IMG/VR virus record: IMGVR_UViG_3300034105_004543
Coordinates: 38,337-102,336 of that record
Source of the DNA: a virus
Direction: 5' to 3' (one strand)
DNA length: 64,000 bases
A program made the translations under genes and the position numbers. Of the stretch, positions 28,907 to 38,609 are shown piece by piece. Below the pieces are notes generated by a model. The model worked only from the letters and a program-made list of their open reading frames with translations. It was not told the DNA's origin and did no database searches. Every line of letters starts with the position of its first letter. The first letter of the stretch is position 1.

Positions 28907-30238
28907 TTATATATTTACTAGATTACCTTTGCTATCAAATATCATGAATTCAAAATCCATACCCATTTCGAGACATCTTTGCATTTTCATTATATTTTTA
29001 TCTTCGTGCATTTTATAAGTATATGGGCTTTTAACTTCCAATATTTTATTTATTGATTTTATATAGATATCGGGGTAATATCTATTTCCCCCACTGTATA
29101 TTATTTGGCCGGTTATATTTGATATATCATGCATATCTGTAAGTATATCATTCTCTTCGAATTGAGTCAATAATATATCCATTGCAAACTTTTCGTAGCC
29201 CTGAAGTTTTATGATTTTTCCACTCGGCAATGTATAATCATAATACCTTCTCATTCCTAACATTGCTTTTTCGTGTATTTCTGGGATTCTCATATTGTGT
29301 TCAACCCCGTACTTTTCAAGCATTGATTTTTTCATAAGATCTATATCCATTAATGCGCACTTAAATCCATATTTTCCAATACTGGTTTTATATTTTTTAT
29401 CCTTTGTTGATTGGTGGCTTGTTGGATGTTTCCCGTCCCAATCCAGATTGTACTTCTTTGTGCATTTTTCTCTGAATTGATTTGTGCTGGTATAATATTT
29501 AGCACCATGTCTTTCCAGATTAGTCTTCTCTATGCCTTCTCTATATCCAGGTATATCCCAAGGATTTTCGATACCATATTTATTAAGCATTCCATTTTTG
29601 GAACCTTTTACTGTTGCTTTTTTTTTGCAAATTTCAGAATTACATGCTTTCGAATAGTTTGAATCCTTTTTATCTCGTATTTCAGAGAATTTATTCATAA
29701 AGCCATATTTCCTTGGTTTCCCACAAAATTCACACAATTCCAACTCCATTTTATTAAAGAATACATGATAGAATCTTTGGGAATCACTTATGTTTGTATA
29801 TTCTTCATCCAGGAACATAGTCAGCGAAAGCAGTTGATTTCTGGTATCTGTGTCTCCCGATATTTTTGCTATTAGCGAACCATATCCCTGTTTGCTATTG
29901 CCTCTTTCTTTAAAGTCATCTATTAGGCAGCTAACTGAACCGCAATGTGTGTAATAGTTTGAATCCTTTTTATCAATCTTATCCGAGAATCTATCATACA
30001 CTGAAAATTTGGCATTTCTTGCACAGTATTTACATTTTATTATGTTGTGCTCATTAAACCATACATGGTAGAATCTTTGTCCTATAGACACATTATCATA
30101 TTCTGTGTCCAGGTATCGTGTTGATTCCTCTAATTCTGAGATCATACCTGAATCCCGTTTCATTTTATTTATAAATGGTCCTAAAACTTTGGTTTCCTTA
30201 TTTTTCTCTTTCTCTATTAATTCTTCTAAATTTTTCAT
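28907..30238 (-). CDS. Free-standing putative homing endonuclease (two Cys-rich modules, KYG repeats, PD-(D/E)xK nuclease)
   Basis: Duplicated 'QRFYHV..N......C..C...DKKDSNY...C.S..C' module; KYGxxN repeats; 'LQGYE', 'YYPDIYI....ILEVKS.YT'. Lies on the opposite strand within the structural cluster. Confidence 0.7.
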   Translation of the reverse strand: MKNLEELIEKEKNKETKVLGPFINKMKRDSGMISELEESTRYLDTEYDNVSIGQRFYHVWFNEHNIIKCKYCARNAKFSVYDRFSDKIDKKDSNYYTHCGSVSCLIDDFKERGNSKQGYGSLIAKISGDTDTRNQLLSLTMFLDEEYTNISDSQRFYHVFFNKMELELCEFCGKPRKYGFMNKFSEIRDKKDSNYSKACNSEICKKKATVKGSKNGMLNKYGIENPWDIPGYREGIEKTNLERHGAKYYTSTNQFREKCTKKYNLDWDGKHPTSHQSTKDKKYKTSIGKYGFKCALMDIDLMKKSMLEKYGVEHNMRIPEIHEKAMLGMRRYYDYTLPSGKIIKLQGYEKFAMDILLTQFEENDILTDMHDISNITGQIIYSGGNRYYPDIYIKSINKILEVKSPYTYKMHEDKNIMKMQRCLEMGMDFEFMIFDSKGNLVNI

Positions 30239-30256
30239 ATCTTGGTGTGTTTTCTC

Positions 30257-30316
30257 TATATATCATATTTGAATTTATTATTTTAATTTATCATCGTCAA
30301 ATTTTATTGATATATA
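30257..30316. promoter_or_regulatory. Divergent pair of GATATATA elements
   Basis: TATATATC at 30257-30264 (minus strand, 18 nt before ATG 30238) and GATATATA at 30309-30316 (17 nt before ATG 30334). Confidence 0.6.
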
Positions 30317-30333
30317 GGATGAATTAATTCACT

Positions 30334-30705
30334 ATGAGAGAAATTTATAATAGAGATCCCAACGATCCAAAGTACAATCCCTACCAACTTGAGGTATCAG
30401 ATCCTGTGGAGATCTGTACAGGTCAGCTTAAAATGCTACTACTTACAAACAAAGGGGAAGTTTTAGGCGATCCTAAATTTGGATTGAATTTGGAGGATCT
30501 TATTTTTAATCTGGAGCTTTCTGAATATAGTATAAAAAAGGAACTTGATCTTAACCTTAAGGTCTATGTTCCTCTTTTTGCGGCATTGGGTGGTACATAT
30601 CAATTGAATTTTTATGTTGGCACACAAAGGGATATAGCAACACTTGATTTTAATATAGAATCTGACGGAGGACTTAGTCCGCTGGTTACACTAAAATTAA
30701 CATAA
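30334..30705 (+). CDS. Baseplate wedge subunit, T4 gp25-like
   Basis: 'LKMLLLTNKGEVLGDPKFGLNLEDLIF' gp25/GPW signature. Confidence 0.85.
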   Translation: MREIYNRDPNDPKYNPYQLEVSDPVEICTGQLKMLLLTNKGEVLGDPKFGLNLEDLIFNLELSEYSIKKELDLNLKVYVPLFAALGGTYQLNFYVGTQRDIATLDFNIESDGGLSPLVTLKLT

Positions 30706-30712
30706 CAAAGAA

Positions 30713-32437
30713 ATGAATATATTTAAAAAAAATAATATACTTATAGATGGATTATTAGGTGATACCTTTGCATTCCTTCAGAGCACGTATAATCAGACAG
30801 CTAATGTCTTTACTGTTGCATCAGCATGGGGACAGATACTTTTTGTTCTGCAGAATCTCTCACAGCTTATACTTTATTTTATAGAAGATTCGATAACCGA
30901 ATTAAATATTCAGCAAGCAACCAGGGATTATTCGGTTAGAAGTTTGGCTAGAATTGCGGGTTATGATCCAGGTAGAGCATCAGCAGCTCAGGGTGAAGTT
31001 TCTATTTCGTGGAATACCAGGGATGGAGATGTTAGTGGTGGTGCTGTTATAATAAAGAATAATTCACAGATAAGATGCTTGCAAAATGGTAAAATATATT
31101 CTCTTAGATTTGGTAGTAACGAAATTACTATCCCATTGGTAAGAGGAAACTCCATATCCGCTAAGATAGTTCAAGGAAATTTCGAGAGCGCGACCCTTAC
31201 CGGGGGTGGTACAGCTTTGCAAAGCTTCAATCTGCCATCAACTGCAGGAGCATACATAGATCAATTTTATATAGATGTTTATGTCAACGAGGAAAAATGG
31301 AGAAGATATGATTCACTTTATGATATACCTCTTAATGGGAAGGGATATTTAATTAGAAGCGGTATTCAGGAGGGTATAGATCTTTATTTTGGTAATTCTA
31401 ATTTTGGTATGGTCCCACAACCAGGATCAATGATAAGAGTTGAATACCTACAAACTAGTGGCATAAGTGGTAATAGTAATTCAACAAAGGAAACCCCTCT
31501 CACTTACAAATTTGTAACATCAGGAACGGATCTTTTTGGCGGCGAAGTTGATTTGAATTTATACATAGACATTAAAAACAATATAGATCCCACCTTTGGT
31601 ACCAACCCCGAAAGTATATCACTTATAAGGTTGGTTGCTCCAAAAACTAGTAGATCTTTTGTTTTTGCAAGACCTGAAAATTATGAGATATTCTTAACTA
31701 AATTTGGTGTATTTTCTCAAATCCAGGCATTTTCAACATTTGATGATGATTATCTCGATGATGATAACATAGTTTATCTTTATTTAGTACCCGATATAAC
31801 TCTAAATTTAACAACTAACGAGGATTATTTTAGTGTTCCTTATGCTAACTTTCTCCTAACTGCACAACAGAAAACAAAAATATTAAATCTGATACAGGAT
31901 ACGGGATCGATGATAGCAACCACAGTCGTGAAGATAGTTGAACCAGTTATAGCAAGATATGTTATTAATATTATTATATCAATTTTTGAAGGTAATGACC
32001 CAGAGACTATAAAGCAGTCCATTAGGAAGGGAATTTCTGATTATATGTTAAATAATAAAAGGAGAGATAAAATACCTAAATCTGATTTTATAGCTCTTAT
32101 TGAGGGAATAGATGGTGTTGATTCAGTTTCACTTTTCTTCATAGGCCAGAAAAATGAGGAGAATCAAATAGCAATTAAAAATCTTACTAATGTTAGTAAT
32201 GCACAATATGAAGAGATTATAGGAATGGATAGTTTTGGCGATATAATTATAGGTAGAAACGAACTAGTTATACTAAGAGGAGGATGGGATGATAGAAACG
32301 GAACATCTTTCACTGAGGGTGTAGTAGCAGGTAAGCCTGGACCACTTAATATAACTGTTGCTTCCCTAGTCCCTAGAAATTTTAGAAGCGAATTGACAGC
32401 TGATTTAAAAACTAGATTAGCCGCTCAAAATAAATAA
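30713..32437 (+). CDS. Baseplate wedge subunit, T4 gp6 / baseplate J-like
   Basis: 'QATRDYSVRSLARIAGYDP', 'LYFGNSNFGMVPQPGSMIRVEYL..SG..GN', 'PESI..IR..AP', 'IEGIDGVDSV'. Confidence 0.85.
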   Translation: MNIFKKNNILIDGLLGDTFAFLQSTYNQTANVFTVASAWGQILFVLQNLSQLILYFIEDSITELNIQQATRDYSVRSLARIAGYDPGRASAAQGEVSISWNTRDGDVSGGAVIIKNNSQIRCLQNGKIYSLRFGSNEITIPLVRGNSISAKIVQGNFESATLTGGGTALQSFNLPSTAGAYIDQFYIDVYVNEEKWRRYDSLYDIPLNGKGYLIRSGIQEGIDLYFGNSNFGMVPQPGSMIRVEYLQTSGISGNSNSTKETPLTYKFVTSGTDLFGGEVDLNLYIDIKNNIDPTFGTNPESISLIRLVAPKTSRSFVFARPENYEIFLTKFGVFSQIQAFSTFDDDYLDDDNIVYLYLVPDITLNLTTNEDYFSVPYANFLLTAQQKTKILNLIQDTGSMIATTVVKIVEPVIARYVINIIISIFEGNDPETIKQSIRKGISDYMLNNKRRDKIPKSDFIALIEGIDGVDSVSLFFIGQKNEENQIAIKNLTNVSNAQYEEIIGMDSFGDIIIGRNELVILRGGWDDRNGTSFTEGVVAGKPGPLNITVASLVPRNFRSELTADLKTRLAAQNK

Positions 32438-32442
32438 TAACG

Positions 32443-32973
32443 ATGCAATCATATTCCCCATTTTTTCCCGATTCTGATTTGAGTATTAATTATACAGTTA
32501 AAGGAATAACACCCAAAACTACTAATACGACTTTCTATGATAAGAAGGATTTATATCCAACAGTCGATCTTGCTACCAGCAGGGCCTATAATATAGGATG
32601 CTCCGGATATAGAGCTATTACTGCAAACGCTAATGGTAGTTATATGTTTGGTCCATGCTCCTCAGTTTCGGATTATAAAAAAATAATGAAGGAGCTTTCT
32701 CCTGAAAATGTTGATAGAAGATATTATGATTTTGATCCTGATCAGAATTTATATGACGTGAGGGATGCACAGAATGACAATTTATACAATGGATTTAATT
32801 ATAGAGAGCAGATTCTTAGAAGAAGCTTATCCAATGTTATATATAAGGATCCCGTTAAGGAAGGGATTCTAAGCTATTTTGAAAGGGTAGTATATGGATT
32901 GATTGAATCAACAAAGGAGATAAAAAACTTTGTTAATTATACAGTTAAAAGAAACAATAAAAGAGTTTTCTAA
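32443..32973 (+). CDS. Hypothetical baseplate-region protein
   Basis: Tightly packed in the operon; contains 'A..IGCSG.R......GPC'. Confidence 0.55.
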   Translation: MQSYSPFFPDSDLSINYTVKGITPKTTNTTFYDKKDLYPTVDLATSRAYNIGCSGYRAITANANGSYMFGPCSSVSDYKKIMKELSPENVDRRYYDFDPDQNLYDVRDAQNDNLYNGFNYREQILRRSLSNVIYKDPVKEGILSYFERVVYGLIESTKEIKNFVNYTVKRNNKRVF

Positions 32974-32979
32974 TTTAAA

Positions 32980-35900
32980 ATGGCAAATCTAAATCTTAAT
33001 TTTTATAATAAAAACGGTAATCCATTAAATTTTGATTACATAGGAGCAACCGGTCCAACCCCTCTTGATACCAAGTTTTCTCATATCTTAGGTGCTTCCG
33101 CATCTACGTCTGGTTATTTTCAATGGAGTGAAACATCCGATGATTATTCGCTGGTTTTTAATATAGCTGATGTAAATAGTACGGATCTTTATAAATGGTG
33201 TTTAGAAGTAAATGATTTTATAAATAAAGGTGCAACTGTTTATCTCAATGGTTATATAGCAGTTGCTAATACAAACTTTAAAGGTAAAATCACAAGCGTT
33301 AGTAATATTGGTTCAACCTTTACTATTACCTTACCCAAGAGTTATTTTCTTGGTCAGAATATAATAAGCTATGACACCCAAATTTATTTCGAGGGAACAT
33401 ACGATAACAGACCTGGCGGGTACTTTAAAGGTAATATCTATTTTGATCCGATATCAACTGGTCTCTATGAGAACCAGCAGGTTTTTGTGGTGCAAGAATT
33501 TATAAATGGTTCTGGCGATGTTGAATATGGTCTTCCACACACCTCGAATATTGGTTTAACCGGTGCAAGATGGAGAACTAGATGGTATAATAATAATTAT
33601 GGTGATGTTGATGTTTCTGAGATTATATTCACTTATGCGATAGAGGATCAGTTAAGTGGTGGGGAGGGTCAACCTTTAATTATCAGTTATCCAAATATGG
33701 CTATTCCTGTTGGATCTTCTGTGGGAGATTCCTATTCCAATGGATTAATTGTTACTAGCAATATTGAATCTGATGCTATAGCAATAAACGTAGCACTAAA
33801 TTCACCGGATGATCTGGATAATGTTTATGAGAGGAAACTTATCATTGAAGACATAACAACAGATACTCCACAGAAAGTTATAGAAATTGATTTCTATGGA
33901 CAGACCGTTGCGGAGGACGAAAGATTTAAGGTTCTTCTTGAAAATATAGGAAGATCATTTTATAACAGTGACTCTATCATACTAAGAGATCATGATCCGG
34001 CTGAACCTGTTCCAAATTTCGTGGAAATCAACGAAAAGAGAAAAGAATTGCTTATAGCAGGTGATGAAATATTTCCCTATATTGGTAGCTATAAGGGTCT
34101 TATTAATGCTCTTAAGTTCTTTGGGTACCAGGACATGAGGATAAAGGAGTATTGGTTAAATCTAAACTATAAAAATCTAAAATTAGAATCACCATTACAA
34201 CAAAACCAAACCTTTCTTAATAAGATAAAGAGTGGAGAATCTAAAAATGGATATTCGCAATCGTATAACGTTGGCGATGTTTTGGATAATGAAAATTCCG
34301 GGAAATATAAGCTTATACAGACTTATGGTCCCGATGGTGATGGAAATTATGTGCTTAATGTCACTTCCGAAAATACACAACTACCTAGTAAATCCATTAA
34401 AAAAACATCTCTATTTGGACTTTATTATGATCTGAATAAGGTTACCGGTGACATTGACGAATATGGGTATCCTATTGTTACTGATGCTTTTAAATTTACG
34501 CAGGAGGAGATATTAATAAAAATATTTGCTTTAAAGGAAAGACTTAAAAGAGATTATCTGCCATTAAATGCCAGAATAATTGACATAACTGGGGAAGGTG
34601 TTTATTTCATGATACAGAATACAAAATCATGGACAGATCAGATGATAAGATCTGATATAAACATAGGGTATGATTTCGATTTTTTTCCTAATCCCGATTT
34701 TGGTTTTATTGAGGATCTTAGAAATTTTAACATAAGACCAAATTCCAATTATATACAAACTCCAAGTTCCTATGACAATTCATATGAACTGGATGTTAGT
34801 TTTCCTGGTGGAACCGGAAGTGCCATTAGATTTTCTGGTAGTATACCATATGGTATCACTGGAGACAATCCCACTATAAAATTAGAAGCTGGTAAAACAT
34901 ATAATTTCAAAGTTAATGATTCATCCGGATATGGACTGGATTTTAATATAACAAACTATGCGGAATTTCCTAACAATCAGCAATTATGGAATTCTAATGT
35001 GCCATCGGGTATAATTAATAACGGAGCTACTGGCGGTAGTTCCCTGGAGTGGTATATAGCTCCTGGTGCTACTGGCACAATCCATTATTATTCAAATAAT
35101 AATCCGGTTTCTTTATCCGGCAGTGTTGAAATAATACCTGCCACATTATCGGACCTTGGTAATATAGTGAATCCCCTGGATTTTCAACAAAATTATACAC
35201 CTGCTCAAAACGAATCCCTATTGTTGGCTATTGATAAATTTTATAATCTAAAGCAAAATGGCAAGATAGTGGAGCTGGGTGATGATAGATTTGATTCACC
35301 TGAATATATCGATCCGTTAACTGGAATTCCGTACGAAACCCCTGTTGGTATGCCAATAATTCTTGAATTATCGACAGATAGATGGGAATGGAATGAATTA
35401 AATATAGATTGGGATGCACTGCTGATACCAACGTATAGACCTGGGGATAGAGTTAAGGTTAAATCGACAGGCATATTTGGTACCGTTAGAGTTGTCTATT
35501 ATAGCACCGGCGAATATGAGATAGCATTAGATAATTCAACGACAGCAATTTTCGGCGAGACTGAGCTTTTTTCAACAGTTCAGAATTACACCATATTAAA
35601 CTGGAAGAATGTTGATTTCTCTAATATGGTGGAAATTGAATGGCTGCTAAATAAATCTGCAACCCAACCGGGTACTCCATATAATTTCGCATTTAGAGGG
35701 TCTATAGTGGACTATTATAAACTTGCCCACTTCTTACCTTACACTGGGGAATATCAGGTTATATGTAACACCTATGATGCTTTTAATACGAAAACCACAG
35801 TTATTAAGAATGCATCAATATTTGTAGATCCTAAAACCATTGATATAGATTCATGGACAAGATACAGGGAGGTTGAGAATTATCTATGGGACAATGTGGA

Positions 35901-38475
35901 TCGGGAATGGAAGGAATATGAATCCATATGGGAGTACCCAGCGGAGGGATCAACAATAGACACTCTTAGAAAAACTATACCTACTGAGATACTTGACTTT
36001 GCAACATATGGAAATAAGGCCGATGACGGTCAGGATCTATTGGTTAGAACCACAGAGTCACCAACTGGAGCTTATGGCACCATAATATTGAATCAGGAAA
36101 TTCTTGTAGTTTCTAGTGTAATATCGAATCAGATCACGATTGGCCAGTACGGGTATGCAATAGTCACAACAACAACCCCACACTCTTTACAAAATGGTGA
36201 TAATGCAACATTAACTGGAAGTATACCAGAGATCAATGGTAGATGGCCAGTAACAGTTACTGGTGCGTCATCTTTCTATATACCAGTTACCCTCAGTTAT
36301 GCATGGTCCGGTGTTTTATTAGAAATGACACCAATAAACTATCTGTATGTTGATATCTCCATATACACATCTCAGGAAATTCTAAGTATCGGATCAATAT
36401 CCATTTATGTTAATAATAGACTGATTGGAAATAGTAAAACCGGCGACACTTTATATAACACAGCAAATGAGATAACGTCATCTATAAATTCTCTTAGAAC
36501 ATATCCGGATTACTTTGCATCGTGCGAGAATCCACAGGAAAATCCAGTGACAATCACAATATATGCACCGGGTGAGCTTGGAGCGGAACAAAATGGTGTG
36601 CCTTTGAGGGTTGAAGAAACCGGATCTGTAAATGTCATTTCATATTCACCAGTTTTAAGCGGCGGTATTAATTCTAGTGATTATTATGTTTATTGGGACG
36701 AGAACGGCGAGAATTATCCAAACCCAAATCTTAAATATTGGGGAACGAAGAGATTAAATTGGCAGATATTTAATGATAGTACATGGGATAATGGCTATGC
36801 CCATTCTTGGTATGATTATGAGTTTAATAACGATTGGTTGGGTGGATATGAATTACATTCAATTGTAGCAAACGATAAACTTAGAATTTCCACTGGTAAT
36901 GAGACTTATCCATTTCCAAGCACTCTAACTTTTTCTGGTGGTTATAATCTAACCTTATCGGAAGCAGCAGCACAGCTTAATGCTGCTGATTCACATATAA
37001 CAAATTTTTACTATAGAGTAATTCCAGACGATACAGGTTCGTTGCTAACAGTAAATGGTCCAATGAATATCGATATGGGTAATTCGATATTGAATAATGG
37101 ACCATATCCACCGCCTCCATCATTGATCGGGGGAAGTCCATTACTTGTGGTTGATTTTGGTTATGCCGGGGGATCTCCTGTTACAACATCAACGACAACA
37201 ACAAGTACAACAAGTACAACAACAACGACAACCACGACAGCTGCTCCTACAACAAGTACCACCACCACAACAACATTACCTACGACTTATAGTTATCAAG
37301 CAATTATTTATGATTGTGTGACATGTACTCCTACTGGAAGCAATGTTAGCTTTACGAATGGTGAATTATTAACTGTAGGTAAATGGTATGCATGGGAAAA
37401 TTACTCAACTGGAATTTATTATAAAATCTTAATTGATGTTTATAATGGTACAATTGGAGGTACTCCTAATGCGATACTATATGATGTAGATAAGAAAGAT
37501 ACCTGTGCGGAGGTAGTCTGTACGGATTGCGCATTTGCTGGGGGTACCGCTGTTTTTGTACCTGCAACCACAACCACAACAAGTACTACTAGCACAACAA
37601 CAACCACAACAATACCGGTTCCTGTTTCTAGTAAATATGGAGATACTGCAAATAACCCAAGATTTATGGTTATGGATTCCTCTGGTAATCTTTATGTAAC
37701 AACTTCTTATTCAAATATTATAACAAAAATAACACCTGGAGGTGTATCAAGTACTTTTGCAACAGTGGGAACTGGTCAGCAGGGTCCGATGGGAATTACT
37801 ATTGACCCTTCAAATAATCTCTATGTTGCAAATGAATTTGCAAGTACTGTTTCAAAAATAACACCTGCTGGTGTAGTTACTATTTTTGCAACTACTGGAT
37901 CTGGTCCATGGGGAATTGTTAGGGATCGTTTTGGGTATTTTTATACTTCAAATAGTAATGCAAATAGTGTTACGAAAATAACTCCGGGAGGGGCTTCTAG
38001 TCAATACGGAGGCACGATAGGAGCTGCTCCCCGTGGAATTGTTATTGATTACGATGGTAATGTCTATGTAGCATGTCAGGGTTCAAATTCAGTTTGGAAA
38101 ATTACACCTACTGGAACTACTTCTAAATTAGCAGATACCGGAATTAGTCCAAATGGAATTGTTATGGATTCATCGGGTAATATTTATACTGCAAATACAG
38201 GATCTGATAATGTTACAAAAATAACGCCTGCGGGTGCAGTTACTACTCCTTTTGCAACTACTGGCGATGCGCCAATTTCGATTGCTATTGATCCTTCGGG
38301 TAATCTTTATACTTCAAATTATGGATCTAATAATGTTTCAAAAATTACTACATCAGGGGTATCTACAATATTAGGAACTACTGGAAATAATCCATATGGA
38401 ATTTTTCTTGATCCTTTGAATAATGTATATACAGCGAATTTGAATTCGAACACAGTAACAAAAATAACAGTTTAA
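32980..38475 (+). CDS. Very large baseplate/fibre-type structural protein with C-terminal Thr-rich linkers and a 7-repeat NHL/Vgb-like beta-propeller
   Basis: 1831 aa following gp6; 'IGSYKGLINALKFFGY' (gp7/gpI-like position); Thr tracts at 37183-37287 and 37567-37611; seven 'D.SGN.Y..N..SN.V.KITP.G' repeats at about 37651-38472. Confidence 0.65.
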   Translation: MANLNLNFYNKNGNPLNFDYIGATGPTPLDTKFSHILGASASTSGYFQWSETSDDYSLVFNIADVNSTDLYKWCLEVNDFINKGATVYLNGYIAVANTNFKGKITSVSNIGSTFTITLPKSYFLGQNIISYDTQIYFEGTYDNRPGGYFKGNIYFDPISTGLYENQQVFVVQEFINGSGDVEYGLPHTSNIGLTGARWRTRWYNNNYGDVDVSEIIFTYAIEDQLSGGEGQPLIISYPNMAIPVGSSVGDSYSNGLIVTSNIESDAIAINVALNSPDDLDNVYERKLIIEDITTDTPQKVIEIDFYGQTVAEDERFKVLLENIGRSFYNSDSIILRDHDPAEPVPNFVEINEKRKELLIAGDEIFPYIGSYKGLINALKFFGYQDMRIKEYWLNLNYKNLKLESPLQQNQTFLNKIKSGESKNGYSQSYNVGDVLDNENSGKYKLIQTYGPDGDGNYVLNVTSENTQLPSKSIKKTSLFGLYYDLNKVTGDIDEYGYPIVTDAFKFTQEEILIKIFALKERLKRDYLPLNARIIDITGEGVYFMIQNTKSWTDQMIRSDINIGYDFDFFPNPDFGFIEDLRNFNIRPNSNYIQTPSSYDNSYELDVSFPGGTGSAIRFSGSIPYGITGDNPTIKLEAGKTYNFKVNDSSGYGLDFNITNYAEFPNNQQLWNSNVPSGIINNGATGGSSLEWYIAPGATGTIHYYSNNNPVSLSGSVEIIPATLSDLGNIVNPLDFQQNYTPAQNESLLLAIDKFYNLKQNGKIVELGDDRFDSPEYIDPLTGIPYETPVGMPIILELSTDRWEWNELNIDWDALLIPTYRPGDRVKVKSTGIFGTVRVVYYSTGEYEIALDNSTTAIFGETELFSTVQNYTILNWKNVDFSNMVEIEWLLNKSATQPGTPYNFAFRGSIVDYYKLAHFLPYTGEYQVICNTYDAFNTKTTVIKNASIFVDPKTIDIDSWTRYREVENYLWDNVDREWKEYESIWEYPAEGSTIDTLRKTIPTEILDFATYGNKADDGQDLLVRTTESPTGAYGTIILNQEILVVSSVISNQITIGQYGYAIVTTTTPHSLQNGDNATLTGSIPEINGRWPVTVTGASSFYIPVTLSYAWSGVLLEMTPINYLYVDISIYTSQEILSIGSISIYVNNRLIGNSKTGDTLYNTANEITSSINSLRTYPDYFASCENPQENPVTITIYAPGELGAEQNGVPLRVEETGSVNVISYSPVLSGGINSSDYYVYWDENGENYPNPNLKYWGTKRLNWQIFNDSTWDNGYAHSWYDYEFNNDWLGGYELHSIVANDKLRISTGNETYPFPSTLTFSGGYNLTLSEAAAQLNAADSHITNFYYRVIPDDTGSLLTVNGPMNIDMGNSILNNGPYPPPPSLIGGSPLLVVDFGYAGGSPVTTSTTTTSTTSTTTTTTTTAAPTTSTTTTTTLPTTYSYQAIIYDCVTCTPTGSNVSFTNGELLTVGKWYAWENYSTGIYYKILIDVYNGTIGGTPNAILYDVDKKDTCAEVVCTDCAFAGGTAVFVPATTTTTSTTSTTTTTTIPVPVSSKYGDTANNPRFMVMDSSGNLYVTTSYSNIITKITPGGVSSTFATVGTGQQGPMGITIDPSNNLYVANEFASTVSKITPAGVVTIFATTGSGPWGIVRDRFGYFYTSNSNANSVTKITPGGASSQYGGTIGAAPRGIVIDYDGNVYVACQGSNSVWKITPTGTTSKLADTGISPNGIVMDSSGNIYTANTGSDNVTKITPAGAVTTPFATTGDAPISIAIDPSGNLYTSNYGSNNVSKITTSGVSTILGTTGNNPYGIFLDPLNNVYTANLNSNTVTKITV
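37183..37611 (+). repeat. Two mucin-like Thr/Ser-rich low-complexity tracts
   Basis: TTSTTTTSTTSTTTTTTTTAAPTTSTTTTTTLPTT and TTTTTSTTSTTTTTT, encoded by ACN-rich DNA. Confidence 0.95.
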
Positions 38476-38489
38476 GTAAATAAAACCAA

Positions 38490-38576
38490 ATGATAGTATT
38501 CCTAATATTAGTCACTAAGCTGGGATTAGTTTATGTATACACATTTAAACGCATCTCCTGGTTAAAACCACTTTAA
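38490..38576 (+). CDS. Possible 28-aa hydrophobic small protein (MIVFLILVTKLGLVYVYTFKRISWLKPL)
   Basis: ATG after an A-rich leader (AAATAAAACCAAATG) like neighbouring genes; fills an otherwise empty gap; below the ORF-track cutoff. Confidence 0.3.
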   Translation: MIVFLILVTKLGLVYVYTFKRISWLKPL

Positions 38577-38609
38577 TTATGAGCTTATATTAATAGAAAT
38601 ATAAAATAA

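Noticed and set aside
37651-38472. Diversity-generating retroelement template/variable repeats
   Set aside because: The similarity reflects protein propeller repeats with differences at all bases, and no reverse transcriptase is in the window.
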